DNA of 64,000 nt, taken from IMG/VR virus record IMGVR_UViG_3300044568_003939; one strand, written 5' to 3'. This stretch comes from a virus. The notes beneath the pieces were generated by a model. The model was not told the DNA's origin. It searched no databases and was given only the letters and a program-made list of their open reading frames with translations. The first letter of the stretch is position 1; each line of letters starts with the position of its first letter. The position numbers were made by a program, and so were the translations under genes. Positions 49,307-61,537 of the stretch are shown one piece after another.

Positions 49307-50077
49307 ATGCCAATCAACCCAATCGCACACCGTAGAGAAAAGAAACGTAAGGCCGCCGAAGCAGCAATGTATCATGATGATGCGTTGGCTGGAATTGAAA
49401 ATGGAATGGCCGCTACCTTTTCATACAACTTTAAAATTAAAAAGCCATTTCACTTTAATGAAAATCACAAAGGGTTTTATGATAGTATCAAGTGCGATGA
49501 CTCCAACATGACTTTTGTTGATGGCCCTGCTGGCAGTGCTAAAAGTTATATTGCAGTACTCGCCGCGCTTGAGCTGTTCAAGGAAAAAAAGATTAAGAAC
49601 GTCATCTATATTCGTAGTGTAATTGAGAGCGCTTCACGCAGTATTGGTTCACTACCTGGGGAAGTTGATGACAAGTTCTTGCCATATGCAATGCCACTAC
49701 TTGAAAAAGTTAAGGAGATTACAGATGATGCAACATGCTTGCAACTAAAAACAGCCAACATCATTAGTGCTATTCCCGTCAACTTTTGCCGCGGCTTGAC
49801 ATTTAATGATAGTATAGTAATTATTGATGAAGCCCAAAACTTAACCAAAAGTGAGATTGTAACCATCCTTACACGCTTCGGTAAGAACAGCCGTTATGTT
49901 GTTTGTGGTGACCTTAAGCAAAGCGATATTGGCAAGCTTAGCGGCTATAAGGAAATCTACAATAAATTTGATACGCCAGAAGCGGCACAAAACCATATTC
50001 ATGTATATAAATTTGGACAAAACGAAATTGTTCGCAGTAAGATCTTGCGCTTCATTGTTAGCGTTCTTGAAGCATAA
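49307..50077 (+). CDS. phoH: PhoH-like ATPase
   Basis: GPAGSAKS, RGLTF, IIDEAQN, GDLKQSD and IVRS motifs. Confidence 0.9.
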   Translation: MPINPIAHRREKKRKAAEAAMYHDDALAGIENGMAATFSYNFKIKKPFHFNENHKGFYDSIKCDDSNMTFVDGPAGSAKSYIAVLAALELFKEKKIKNVIYIRSVIESASRSIGSLPGEVDDKFLPYAMPLLEKVKEITDDATCLQLKTANIISAIPVNFCRGLTFNDSIVIIDEAQNLTKSEIVTILTRFGKNSRYVVCGDLKQSDIGKLSGYKEIYNKFDTPEAAQNHIHVYKFGQNEIVRSKILRFIVSVLEA

Positions 50078-50089
50078 TGCATTTTTTCC

Positions 50090-50265
50090 TTTACAATATA
50101 ATATAACTTGTTATAATAATATAAGATTCCATTCCGCAACGGCTTCGCATTATACCTTAACAAATCTGGTGTTACCGTAGGTTCCCGCAGGGATGATTGA
50201 GAATCGGAGAAAGAGCAGTTAGACTCTAATCCCATGGCCGATATGATTCAGCCATGGGATTTTTT
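50090..50265 (+). other. Promoter-to-terminator non-coding unit, copy 2 of the GNA-triloop element
   Basis: TTTACA/TATAAT at 50090-50117; conserved core at 50160-50225; terminator ATCCCATGGC...GCCATGGGAT-TTTTT. Confidence 0.7.
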
Positions 50266-51980
50266 TATAATACACGAGCTAAGAAGCTGTCGCTGAAGTA
50301 TCGCTTGTTGCCTTTTATAAACTTTGCAGCACGATCATCGAGTATATAAGTTGTGCTCCAATCGTCAGCGTGACGAGTGCTGCGCCCTGCACTTTGTTCA
50401 AGTACAGCAGCCGTTTCTCCAAAGTAAACGTCTTTCTGAAATTTATAGCGGCGACTCCACAATTGGCTGCTTACATTTGGAAAGCTTAATTTGAATATGA
50501 TGTTGAATCGTGCCAGCTCGTCACTCAAGTCGATTCCTGTGAATAGTGATGGCCCGCACAATACAGCATTGCTAGGCAATTCACGAATGCGCTTTAACAG
50601 CTCAAGCTTTTCAGCAGTCCCATTGTAAGTGTATAGTCGAGCTGCATGTCGTGAGCGGTCAAGTAAACTATTCATAATGACATTTGTTGTTGTATGAATA
50701 ATGCCGCGTTCACTGCTGTGTGAGTCAAGCAAGCGATCAATCTTTTTGATTGCAGAGTCGACACTTGCCCGCCCATTGCTATATGACATGTTACTTGTTG
50801 CACAACAAACAATTGGACTTTTTAGCGGATCCCAATCGCTTTGAATATCAATTATGTGTGTTGTAGCTGGGTTTAAGTTCCAGCGCTGTATCAACAATTC
50901 AGGCTGCAGCGTAGCGCTCATGTATATACGCACACCTGCATGTCGCCGAAAATGCTTGTGAAAAAGGTTGTAATCGGAAAGATTATGATATGACCGATCT
51001 CCGCCGTCGCCATTGCAAGCAACAAGATTGCGAAGCCCATGCACTTCAATCATTTGTGTATAGTCTTCAACTTTACAATGTTGATCTTTAACGTCATCAG
51101 CCAGCACAAATAATGCACGTGCTTCGCGAGGAAGTTTAGCGCTATATTGTTTTAGTGCTTCAGGTGATAAGTTGGCTGGCAAGTATTTTGCAGTCACAGC
51201 GGCCTTAACAGTATGAATGTCGTGAAGAAGATCTGTATAAGCTTTATAAACTCGTTTGAGCGCATCGTGATGTAATGCTGGTGAAACACCTTCGGCATGA
51301 CTTAATGCATGCTGTAATGCGGTTTGCAGTGCTTTTGTTGATACCGTAAAAGTAAAGCCGCAATTGTTTAGTGCACCTATTACAGCGTCAATTCTATTAA
51401 CGACCTTTTCATTAAGGCGACACGCAAAGTGACTTTCAATGATGTCAGGTATTTTGTGCGCCTCATCGCATATAACAACGTCACGCCGACAAAACGGCGG
51501 GCTCTTATACATTTTGGGCAAGACATAATTCATTTGAATTAGCCAATAAGAATAATTCATTAAGACGCGATCGCTTTGGCGTGCAGTGTCCCATCGGGTC
51601 AAATAGCCGCATGTAGCAGCGCAAGGCATTGAAGCAATTGCTTCTTTATTGCTAAGGCCTAAATTGCGGCAAACACCCAATGAGAATTTTTCGCCATTCA
51701 CGTCGCACGTGTATGTGTCAATGCCAGAAATACTTGTCACGTCGGAATGAAGTGAAGAAAATTTTCCTTTGCAGTCAACTTCATACTGTTGCTGTAAACT
51801 TTTTTCGCTTGTTAGTATATATGACTTTTGCCCGTTTGCTTTAAGCAGCCGCGAAAGTTCAAGAGCAATAAGACTTTTTCCAGTGCCTGTTGGCGCTTGA
51901 ATAAAAATGTCATGTTTCCCATTTTCTATGGCTGCTTGAATTTCAAGCAGCGCCTCTTTTTGTGCTTCTCGTAATTGCAT
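50265..51980 (-). CDS. DinG/Rad3-like SF2 helicase
   Basis: QAPTGTGKS, DEAH, SAT, TGID and QSAGRSTRH motifs; Cys cluster. Confidence 0.85.
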   Translation of the reverse strand: MQLREAQKEALLEIQAAIENGKHDIFIQAPTGTGKSLIALELSRLLKANGQKSYILTSEKSLQQQYEVDCKGKFSSLHSDVTSISGIDTYTCDVNGEKFSLGVCRNLGLSNKEAIASMPCAATCGYLTRWDTARQSDRVLMNYSYWLIQMNYVLPKMYKSPPFCRRDVVICDEAHKIPDIIESHFACRLNEKVVNRIDAVIGALNNCGFTFTVSTKALQTALQHALSHAEGVSPALHHDALKRVYKAYTDLLHDIHTVKAAVTAKYLPANLSPEALKQYSAKLPREARALFVLADDVKDQHCKVEDYTQMIEVHGLRNLVACNGDGGDRSYHNLSDYNLFHKHFRRHAGVRIYMSATLQPELLIQRWNLNPATTHIIDIQSDWDPLKSPIVCCATSNMSYSNGRASVDSAIKKIDRLLDSHSSERGIIHTTTNVIMNSLLDRSRHAARLYTYNGTAEKLELLKRIRELPSNAVLCGPSLFTGIDLSDELARFNIIFKLSFPNVSSQLWSRRYKFQKDVYFGETAAVLEQSAGRSTRHADDWSTTYILDDRAAKFIKGNKRYFSDSFLARVL

Positions 51981-52126
51981 CAGGTATTATTATAATCAAA
52001 AAATAGGCATATGTAAACAAAAAAAATGACTCCGTTGAATATCAACGAGTTACGGCAAAAAATACATTTCACTAAAAAAAGTCCTTTACAAGTGGGCATT
52101 TTTAGAGTACAATGATCACGTAAGCA

Positions 52127-53496
52127 ATGGCAACCACCTACCTCACCGAACCTCAAATGGATCAGCTGATTATTCAAGTTCAGCGACTCCGAAAAGGACA
52201 TAAGCTGAATTCTTTGCGTAAAAGATACACCGTAATTGTTGATGATGCGCATCACTATTTCCGCAGCACAACCACTTTAAGGAAGTTCTTAAACTCCTGT
52301 GTTTTTCCTGAAAACTTTCGGATTTTCCGCAATTTTGACAAGGGCGTCAGCATAAATCTTGACTAAATGCATTTTTCTGAAAAAAGTCCTTTACAAGTGG
52401 GATTTTTTAGTGTATAATAATCTCGTAAGGAACCACAATATGTATAAATTCACTAAAACCGAATACTGCCATACACCAATATCCATGGGCGGAGGGACTG
52501 GAGTCGAAACCAAAGTTTCATTCAGCCGCTCGCCCAAGTTGGCTGCATCACTGCAAGGAGTAATTGTTCGCACTGTTCGCGGTGATTGTGAATGTCCTCA
52601 ACTAACCTACATCCGCTTTGAGCGCGATGGTATGATTCTTAGCGAAGGCTGGATTGACTAAACTACACTCATATGAAATTGATTGAAACCACCTCTTTTG
52701 GATATAAGTTTGAAACTAGCAACGGGTGCACTTTTACACGTGAGCGCTTGAAGCCGTGCCACATTGCATATGAACTTGATGGCTGGTATGGCTCACGTTC
52801 GCTATATGAACTTACTGAGCATGACCTCATAACTTTTCCTGAAGCTACTCACCGCATTGCATTGACACAAGATCGCTCGCAAGATGATCCATTTTTTATT
52901 ACTGTTCCTTGCTGGATTAAGAACGGAACCAAACATCAGCTGCAATACATTTCCGACGATGATCAAAACTTTGATCAAGTAAAAATCAAAAAAGTATACG
53001 ACTTCTCCTAAATTATGACAAAACTTGAAGAACTAAACATCGATCTTGAAATTCACGAAGCATCGTACGCAAAGCTGTTTGACCCAGCATACGTTGCGTA
53101 TTGGCTTAAATTTAAAAAACTTGATGTGAATCTTTTAATCCCATCTTATATTAAAATCATCAAAAGTATCAAGGATGAAATTGCAATGATTGAAAGCAAA
53201 AAGAAACCGAAGGCTGAGTCAACAGCTAAGGTGAAGAAAGCTACTAAAACAGCTGTAAAGACAAAGAAAACAGCTAAAACCGCGACAAAGAAAACACCTA
53301 AAAAATGAGTGAAATAAAACTTACTAAAGAAGAAGACGTATTGCTGCGAAGCATGCTAAGAGGAATCATCGCTATTGCGGCTGGTGAGCAACAAGCAGCT
53401 GCTCTGTTTGACAATCAACAACTACAAAGTGGAAATGTTCAAACCGTCAATCGTATGGTTGACTATACCAAAAATTTTATCAGAGAAAACGCTTAA
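52127..53496 (+). other. Small early hypothetical ORFs (52127, ~52440, 52673, 53015 with Lys/Thr/Ala-rich tail, 53305)
   Basis: Follow the promoters at 52085 and 52390. Confidence 0.55.
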
Positions 53497-53497
53497 A

Positions 53498-54496
53498 ATG
53501 AAACTAGCAACAATTGAACGCATTCAAAGCATCACTGCACATCCTAATGCAGACAAGCTTGATCTTGCCACCGTAAGCGGCTATACTTGTATTGTAGGTC
53601 GCGATCAATATGCCGTCGGAGAAGCTGTTGTGCTGATTCAACCAGATACACTATTGCCTGAAGCGCCGTGGAGCGAGATGTTCCGCAAGCGCAGTAATCG
53701 TGTTCGTGCTATGAAGTTGAGAGGCGAATGGAGCTTTGGTATTGTGATGCCATTTTCTACATTCTTTGATGGCATACTGCCAGTGCATTCACTAGCTCCT
53801 GGCTGTGAAGTAAGTCATCTGATTGGAGTCGCCAAGTATGAGCAGCCACAACCGCAGCAACTTGATGCAATGGGTTACCCACCATCTGGATTGCCAAAGA
53901 CTGATGAAGAGCGCTATCAGAACCTTGACGGAACTCTTCCTTATGGCGAACGCGTTGACATCACTCTTAAGATTGATGGCTCAAGTGCAACCTATTTCTG
54001 CAAGATGAATGCAGAGACTGGCGAATATGAAACTGGAATCTGCAGCCGTTCATTGCGCCTCAAACCAGAGTGTGAAAATAACTATACGCGAGCAGAAGCA
54101 CGCTACAACATTTTAGCTAAGCTTAAAGAATATTGCGTCAACAACGGCGTTAGTCTTGCGGTGCGAGGAGAGGTATATGGCGCCGGCATTCAAGCGTTTA
54201 GTACCAATCCGCATGCCGGAGGAGAAGTAAATTTTGCATTGTTTAGCGTATGGGATTTTGAGAAACATGAATACGCTAAACCGTCAGATCTTCACTATTA
54301 TGCTAACCTAGGCTATGCACTCAGCATTCCTTGCGTGCCTTGCATTGAAAAGGATGTGGTGTTGACTCCCGAGATTGTCAAGTATTACGCACAGGGGATT
54401 GATCGCATTGCTGACAAGCCGTTTGAAGGAGTTGTAGTCAAGCACCACTCTGGTTCTTTTAAAGTTTTGAGCCTATCATACGATGAGCGCAAATAA
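53498..54496 (+). CDS. RNA ligase, DRB0094/Rnl2-like with N-terminal OB domain
   Basis: MKLATIERI..HPNADKL; KTDEERYQN; KIDGSS; GEVYG; EGVV; SFK. Confidence 0.8.
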   Translation: MKLATIERIQSITAHPNADKLDLATVSGYTCIVGRDQYAVGEAVVLIQPDTLLPEAPWSEMFRKRSNRVRAMKLRGEWSFGIVMPFSTFFDGILPVHSLAPGCEVSHLIGVAKYEQPQPQQLDAMGYPPSGLPKTDEERYQNLDGTLPYGERVDITLKIDGSSATYFCKMNAETGEYETGICSRSLRLKPECENNYTRAEARYNILAKLKEYCVNNGVSLAVRGEVYGAGIQAFSTNPHAGGEVNFALFSVWDFEKHEYAKPSDLHYYANLGYALSIPCVPCIEKDVVLTPEIVKYYAQGIDRIADKPFEGVVVKHHSGSFKVLSLSYDERK

Positions 54497-54834
54497 AAAC
54501 ATTGACCTGAGCAAATACCGCTATGTCTATTATGTAGATTCTGGAGAATTGTATGAAGTTGATGGATGGCATAACCTAGGGCGTTACTCTGATGTAGGCG
54601 GTCTTGTGGCCTATGAAGTAAAGAGCTGGAAACCGTTTCGAGTACGCCGTCTTATTGACGGATTGGTGGTTGACAATAAAGCTGACAATAAAGCTGCATT
54701 TCTCGGTTTTCTCCGCATTCTCCAGCCATGCATTATCAACGAGTTACAACTTTTTTCACAATTTATGCATTTTTTCCTTTACAAGCCGCTTTTTTTAGTG
54801 TATAATAATCTCGTAAGGCAAACCACCACACCAT

Positions 54835-56228
54835 ATGACCAACACCACACTATCATCCCACATCGTCAGTCTCAATGCCGCAACTCTCGCTTGGGTTGCA
54901 GAAGATCCGACAAACCGCGGTGCGTGCACCTACACTGAGGATATGTCCTATTGGAATGAGATGGGCGTTTGCACAGTGGAAGACTTTCAACGCAACGAGC
55001 TGGAATCCACAATTTGGGATTTGTACAAAAGCGTGCATGGAATCCGCCCTCGTTGGGTAAACTTCAAGGAAATGTCAATCGAGGATCTTGAGAAAACCAT
55101 TACAAGTCTCCACGAGACGGCCGCATGGCATGCCGAAATGGAGGAGAAATATGCCGCTCAACAAAAGATTGAGGACGCATGGCGTGCCGAAGTGGATGCA
55201 CACGAAGTCACTCTTTGCATTCCAGGTGAATTGCAATTCGTCCGTGGAACCTGGGCTGTCGCTTAATATTTAAATCTAACATTATGAAAAAACAAGAAGT
55301 TAAAAAAACATTGGACAGCAATTGCCTGTATGAATTGGACGGTCTCACTCTTCGTGAAGCTGCAGCTTATTTGCTTAAGCGTTCTACTGAATATGAAGCA
55401 GAAGGCTATACCTACATTTCGTTTGATACCGACACGGATTATGACAATACATGCTTGATGATCAATGGCTCTCGCCCTGAAACGACTGAAGAAGCAATTG
55501 CACGATCTGAAGCTGAAGCACGTAGAGCAAGAGTAAGTCATGAACACGATCTGAAGGTCTTTAAGGCTACTGCGGAACGTCTGGGAATTAACATTGAAAA
55601 CATCTAACAGTATGAAACATATTAAACATCTATTGGTGCTGCTCGCTTGCGGCATATCTTTTACCAGTTGTGCTGTAAGCTATGACGCTTATGGCGTGAC
55701 TGTTGCCGCTCCGGTTATATACACTCCTCAGTACTATACATACCGCTGTCGCCCTAGCGTATACTCACATTATGATTATTCCATTGCACGTGCGCATGGC
55801 ATTCAGAATCGTTATATGCGGCGCTGTCATTATTAAGACCAAAATTTTTCCTTTACAACTCTTGTTTTTTATTGTATAATAATCTTATGGAAGTAGAATA
55901 TACATGTACTGAAGATGGAATGATTCAATTTCATTGCACTGACTCTGATGGCGCAGTGTATGGTGTTGCAGACACCGTTAGCGATGGGCTGATCACCGAT
56001 ACACTCGTCATTAATATGGAAACATATGATGAAGTTGAAGATAGCGAGCTGTTTAAGCGTATTGTGATTGCGCGCGCGGCTTTTATGAATGACAATTACT
56101 TTGTGCAGGAAGCACTCACCGTAAAAACCACGGAACGCGCCAAACGTGCCTTGGGACGTGCCGCATTTTCTTCGCTGAACGTCCAAGGTGACGGATCGTC
56201 CGTCACTAACACTCAACCAACAAAATAA
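54835..56228 (+). other. Small early hypothetical ORFs (54835, 55284, ~55612 lipoprotein-like, ~55887)
   Basis: Follow the promoters at 54778 and 55852. Confidence 0.55.
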
Positions 56229-56455
56229 TGCCACTACCACCAACACCCGCCGACAGCCCAGTCATCTATGGTGCATCGCTTGTGATCCCAACAAACCCAT
56301 CGTGGGCAAACAGTCCGATCCATCAAGAGGTTCAGGAGTGGGAGAAGGAGTCGATCCATTCCCAGTATGTGAACAAACCAAGTGAGACATTGGTCGCCGC
56401 GCTCGATGAGCTGGACGATCAACTGGATCAAATAATACTCCGACTTGGCGAAACG

Positions 56456-57904
56456 CAAGAACGCATGATTGATGCGGAGAGGCAGCGGGACAGGCTGGCT
56501 GAGGCTTTGAATAGAGCGTGTGCCAATCCAACGACTGGCACCTGGTATCGAGAAGCCCAAGACGCTTTAGCTGCATGGAAGGTGGCGCGCTGTGAATCCT
56601 GAACAACAAAGAATCGCCATAGCGGAAGCGTGTGGGTTTGCTAAAGACTGGGATTTTAAAAGGGCGCAACCTTGCCGTGGATGGTGTGTCACTAGCCTTC
56701 CCGACTACCTCAACGACCTCAACGCGATGCACGAGGCGGAGAATGTGCTGACGAACGAACAATGGTGGTTGTTTGTGGAGTTTCTTACTGAAATCCGTGG
56801 TGGTGGTGTAGCTCTTTGTATTTCAGCCACCGCTGCTCAACGCGCTGAAGCCTTTTTGAAAACACTGAACCTATGGAAACCATGAATACAGACACACCAG
56901 AAACAGACGGAGAATGGAACCGCCTAGCTTGCCAAGACCACCCGGAATTTGAACGGAACCTAGCTGACTTCGCCCGTAAGCTCGAACGCGAGCGCGATGA
57001 GGTGCTGGAGCAGGTGCAACAACTGAACCACCAACTCGATAGATCGCAAGCAGCCGGAACAATCTGGTATCGCCGCTGTTTCAGCGAGGATGCGGAATGG
57101 AATCTAGGAGAGTTGACCAAGCTGACTGAGGAGCGCGATGAACTCCGCGACATGCTACAAGAAGAACAACGGCTGCACATCCAGACGCTTAATGAGCGCG
57201 ACGAGGCGCGGGAGGAGACGATCCGAACCCGCGAGTTCATGGGTCGCGGATTTGCTAAGGCTAAAGAGGAACTCGCGACAATGGAAACCCGCCATGCCGC
57301 CACGATGATGCACACTCAGAGCGTTGTCGAAGATGCTAAACAATTACGGGAGCAGCGGGATGCTGTAACACTCAGATTAGGCAATACTCAAGAACGCATG
57401 ATTGATGCGGAGAGGCAGCGGGACAGGCTGGCGGAGGCTTTGAATAAAATACAATTAGTTATGGTAGATGGCTTCGACAAACTAAAAAGAATTGATGAGA
57501 TTGCAACCGAAGCACTCCAATCCCTAACCCCGAAGGAACTATGAACAAAGAACAACAAAGAATCACCATCGCGGAAGCGTGTGGATGGACGAAAATTTCC
57601 GATTGGAAAGCGGCAGGAATTAACGGGCAACACCCAACTGAACCGTGGATAGAAGTAATTCCCGACTACCTCAACGACCTCAACGCGATGCACAAAGCGG
57701 AGGACACAATGTATGATGGTCAACTGTGGATTGAATATGAAATCGAACTCACCACTGCAATGGACCATGTTGGATGGCAATTTCACGCTACCGCCGCTCA
57801 ACGCGCTGAAGCCTTCCTGAAAACACTGAACCTATGGAAACCATGAAGACAGACACACCAGAGACAGACGGAGAATGGAACCGCCTAGCTTGCCAAGACC
57901 ACCC
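56456..57904 (+). repeat. Imperfect tandem duplication (~0.95-kb period) of a three-gene module
   Basis: QERMIDAERQRDRLAEALN, PDYLNDLNAMH..ATAAQRAEAFLKTLNLWKP and TDTPETDGEWNRLACQDHP each occur twice, near-identical at DNA level. Confidence 0.85.
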
Positions 57905-58840
57905 CGCAACTGGATGGGGCTTCGCCAGAAAGTCACCCGACACCACTAACCACGAAAATACTATGCAAACCGAAAATGATACATCGAAGCTGGAAGACTC
58001 ACCCGAACAAGAGGATGGTGAGGGTTGCTCAGGAGCGTCTTGTTCGCGGTCTTTGTTGACCGATAGACTGCGATCTGAGTTGCACGAATCGAACGCCCCT
58101 CAAGTGGTGTGCTACAATCAAATGATGCTGCTGGCACGCAAACTGGAATCAGCATTGCGAGACATGATTGATGCGGAGGATAGACACGGATACGGGGCGA
58201 GCATGAGTCATCCGCGCGTCACGAGGGCGCGTTCCGCTGCGGTCAAAATTCTTTCCGCGAAGCCCTCAACCAACTAAATCTATGAACACTGACACACCGA
58301 GAACGAATGAAGCCCTTGTCGCCATACTTGAGAGGGACGGCGAGCTGTCCGAAAAGAATGCGCCCGAGGCACTAGTGAAACTTTGCAGAGCGATGGAATG
58401 CAAAGTAAAGGAACTGAACCACCAACTCGCCAGATCGCAAGAAGCCGCGGATCGGCTTGAAGAGTTGCAGGCACAGCTGCAGGAAGCACAGGACTATGCG
58501 AACCGATTGGTAGCGCATAAAAATATGCTGTGTCTGCCAAAGGATTTGCAAAATCTCCGTAGCGTGAATTCACAGTTTGCGGCGGAAAATCACATCTTAA
58601 AAGAACAGATGAGAATACTAGAGAGTTCTAAAAACCAAATAACATGGACATAAAAGATAAACGAATAACTGTTACTGTTGTGAATCATAATAAGTTCAAC
58701 AGCGAATTGCAATTAACGATGAACTGGGATGCCAATCTCGATGATTGGATCGGTGCATTCAAGACGATCTTGATTCATCAGACGTTTGCAGAAGATAGCG
58801 TCAAAGAATTATTTGAAGACGCTATCCAATACACACTATT

Positions 58841-59446
58841 ATGAGCAGCACTGCATACAATGGATACAAGCACTTCTTTCTTGATGTTGAAACCACTGGC
58901 ACTGATCGGTCATTACACAACATTTTTCAGATTAGTGGAATCCTTACAGACGAGAACTTTAATATTCTAGAAGAATGTGACCTTAAGTTTAAGCCGTTTA
59001 GTCTTGAACATTGGGAGCAGGGCGCATTGGACAAGACGGGCATGACATTAAAATCACTTGCCGAACTAGAGTTGAATAGCGCCGGTGCTTACCTGCAATT
59101 CTCACAGTTGCTATCACGTCATTGCAATAAGTTTGACAAGAAAGACAAGATTCATTTTGTTGCCTATAATGCAAGCTTTGATGCAGACTTTATTCGTGAA
59201 TGGTTTGCCAAACATGGAGACAACTATTTCGGCAGCTGGTTTTGGCATCCGCAGATTTGCGTAATGCAAGCCGCGGCATGGATGACCCAACGAGTACGTG
59301 GCGCATTGCCCAATTTTCAGCTGGGAACGCTCTGTCAATGTGCTGACCTGGGATGGGATGAAACACAAGCACATGATGCAAAATATGACATTCTGAAGAC
59401 TCTGCAGCTGTTCCGATACATTCAGGCAAATGTGCCTACGCTGTAA
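58841..59446 (+). CDS. DEDDh 3'-5' exonuclease (DnaQ-like)
   Basis: LDVETTG, AYNASFD and AHDAKYD motifs. Confidence 0.85.
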   Translation: MSSTAYNGYKHFFLDVETTGTDRSLHNIFQISGILTDENFNILEECDLKFKPFSLEHWEQGALDKTGMTLKSLAELELNSAGAYLQFSQLLSRHCNKFDKKDKIHFVAYNASFDADFIREWFAKHGDNYFGSWFWHPQICVMQAAAWMTQRVRGALPNFQLGTLCQCADLGWDETQAHDAKYDILKTLQLFRYIQANVPTL

Positions 59447-60421
59447 CTCATTGAAAATCAACGGAAACCCAAAAAATGCATATTTTTGAAGATTTATGTA
59501 TTTTTTCCTTTACAAGTCCTCAAAAATGTTGTATAATAATTCTGTAAGGAAACCACCACAAAATATGTCAAAACCAACTGTTGCTACCCTCAAGTCGTTT
59601 ATCGCTAAAAACCGAGCAAACCTATTCGTTCAACAAAAAAGTGCATTTGACGGCATGCATGATTGCGTGATGCAAAATGAGCATGCTGGCTTTACTCCTG
59701 CAACCGCAAGTGACGGTTATAAAAATACTCTAGGCATCAACGGAGTGTGGGTTGTGGGCCGAGACGCAATCTCGCCTTTTGAAGCTAAAGGTTTTAAAGG
59801 CTATAGCGTCTACAATTGCTGCGGCTCGTTTGTCCTTGCTGTCCGTGCCTAATTTCTAAAACTAACCTCTACCTATAAATTATATTATGAAAGACCAAAA
59901 CTACATTGTACTTGATAAGAATGGAAACGAAGTGATTGTGCCAGCGCGCACAGCATCTGAAGCATTAGGTATCTTCCTTAAGCGCGGCCGATTCGGTTTG
60001 GGCGCTGGCTGGACGCTTACTCGCCAACCAGACGGTTGGATTGTGGCTAGCAATAAGACTGGCAGGACGCTTGAGCGTACCTACCACAAGCTGCGCGAAG
60101 CAGACTACAGCCGCGCGCACAAGCGCTATTCCAACATTGCCTAATCTCCTAATACACACCAACTACTATATCATGAAACTAAAATTTAATTCGCAAACAT
60201 CTTTTAATACCGCTTACAATGCACTTAGTGGCAATAACTTTAAGTTTGACAACTATCGCGATGAACTCGCACTAAAGTTCTTTACTACAGAATGTGTCGG
60301 CAATGCAATTCTCGACTTGACCTCAAAAGGATTGATTGAAGGTACTGACTTTAATTTTTATCGTTATGCTGCTTAATGAATCGGGCGGTTACGCAGCCCG
60401 ATTTGATTATATCACTAAATT

Positions 60422-61537
60422 ATGAAATTACCTACCCTTTATAGTCGCACGAGCACGGGAGCCATTCAAGTATGGACCGTCGAAATTCAAGAAAACGCTT
60501 ACCGCACATTGCATGGTCAATACGGTGGCAAGATTGTCACCACCGAATGGTTTACGGCGTCTCCTACTAATGTGGGGCGAAGCAATGAGCGTGACGGCGT
60601 TGCACAAGCTCTGTTTGAGGCTCAGGCATGCTGGAAGAAAAAGTGTGACAGCGGAATGTTTGAAGACATTCTTGCAGTTGACACCTTTACATTCGTCGAG
60701 CCGATGTTGGCAAAAAAGTGGGAAGATCGCCGCAGTAAGGTTTCGTTTCCGCTCTATTGTCAACCCAAGCTGGATGGCATGCGCGCAGTCATTACTCGAC
60801 ATGGTGCAACAAGCCGCAACGGCAAGCCATGGGTAACCATCCCGCACATTCTCAAAGCATTGGAACCAGTGTTCGCAGCATACCCAGATTTGATTCTGGA
60901 TGGTGAATTGTATTGCCACGGGCTACACGATGACTTTAACAAGATCAGTTCGCTTATCAAAAAGACTAAGCCTACCACTGCAGATCTTGAGGAAAGCGCT
61001 GCAACCATTCAATATCACTGGTATGATATTGCGGACAACAAGCTAAAGTTTGTTGATCGTAACCAAAAGATTGGGAGCATTTGCGCAACATATGATTTTA
61101 ACGAAAAGTCTGTGGTTGTTCCAGTACCAACATATGTTGCATGTGATGAGCTGCATCTTGATGAGCTGTATGGTATTCTTCTTGAAGATGGTTATGAAGG
61201 TCAAATGGTTCGCACCAATGAGCCTTATGAATTTAAGCGCAGCAACACACTGCTTAAGCGCAAGGAGTTTCAAGATGATGAATATCGTATTGTGGAAATT
61301 TGTGAAGGTAATGGCAACAAGACTGGAATGGCTGGTTATGCTGTTCTTGAGCGCGAAGATGGTGTTCGTTTCCGTAGCAATATCAAAGGCAATCATACGT
61401 TCCTAAAAGCGCTGCTGCCACAGGCTGCAAGTTATGTTGGGCAATATGCAACCTGCAAGTACTTTAATCTTACACCTGACGGGATCCCAAGATTCCCTTA
61501 TGTGATTGGATTCCGTGCTGGACGTGGAATGGACTAA
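60422..61537 (+). CDS. ATP-dependent DNA ligase
   Basis: QPKLDGMR, LDGELY, YEGQMVR, LLKRK and PRFP motifs. Confidence 0.9.
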   Translation: MKLPTLYSRTSTGAIQVWTVEIQENAYRTLHGQYGGKIVTTEWFTASPTNVGRSNERDGVAQALFEAQACWKKKCDSGMFEDILAVDTFTFVEPMLAKKWEDRRSKVSFPLYCQPKLDGMRAVITRHGATSRNGKPWVTIPHILKALEPVFAAYPDLILDGELYCHGLHDDFNKISSLIKKTKPTTADLEESAATIQYHWYDIADNKLKFVDRNQKIGSICATYDFNEKSVVVPVPTYVACDELHLDELYGILLEDGYEGQMVRTNEPYEFKRSNTLLKRKEFQDDEYRIVEICEGNGNKTGMAGYAVLEREDGVRFRSNIKGNHTFLKALLPQAASYVGQYATCKYFNLTPDGIPRFPYVIGFRAGRGMD

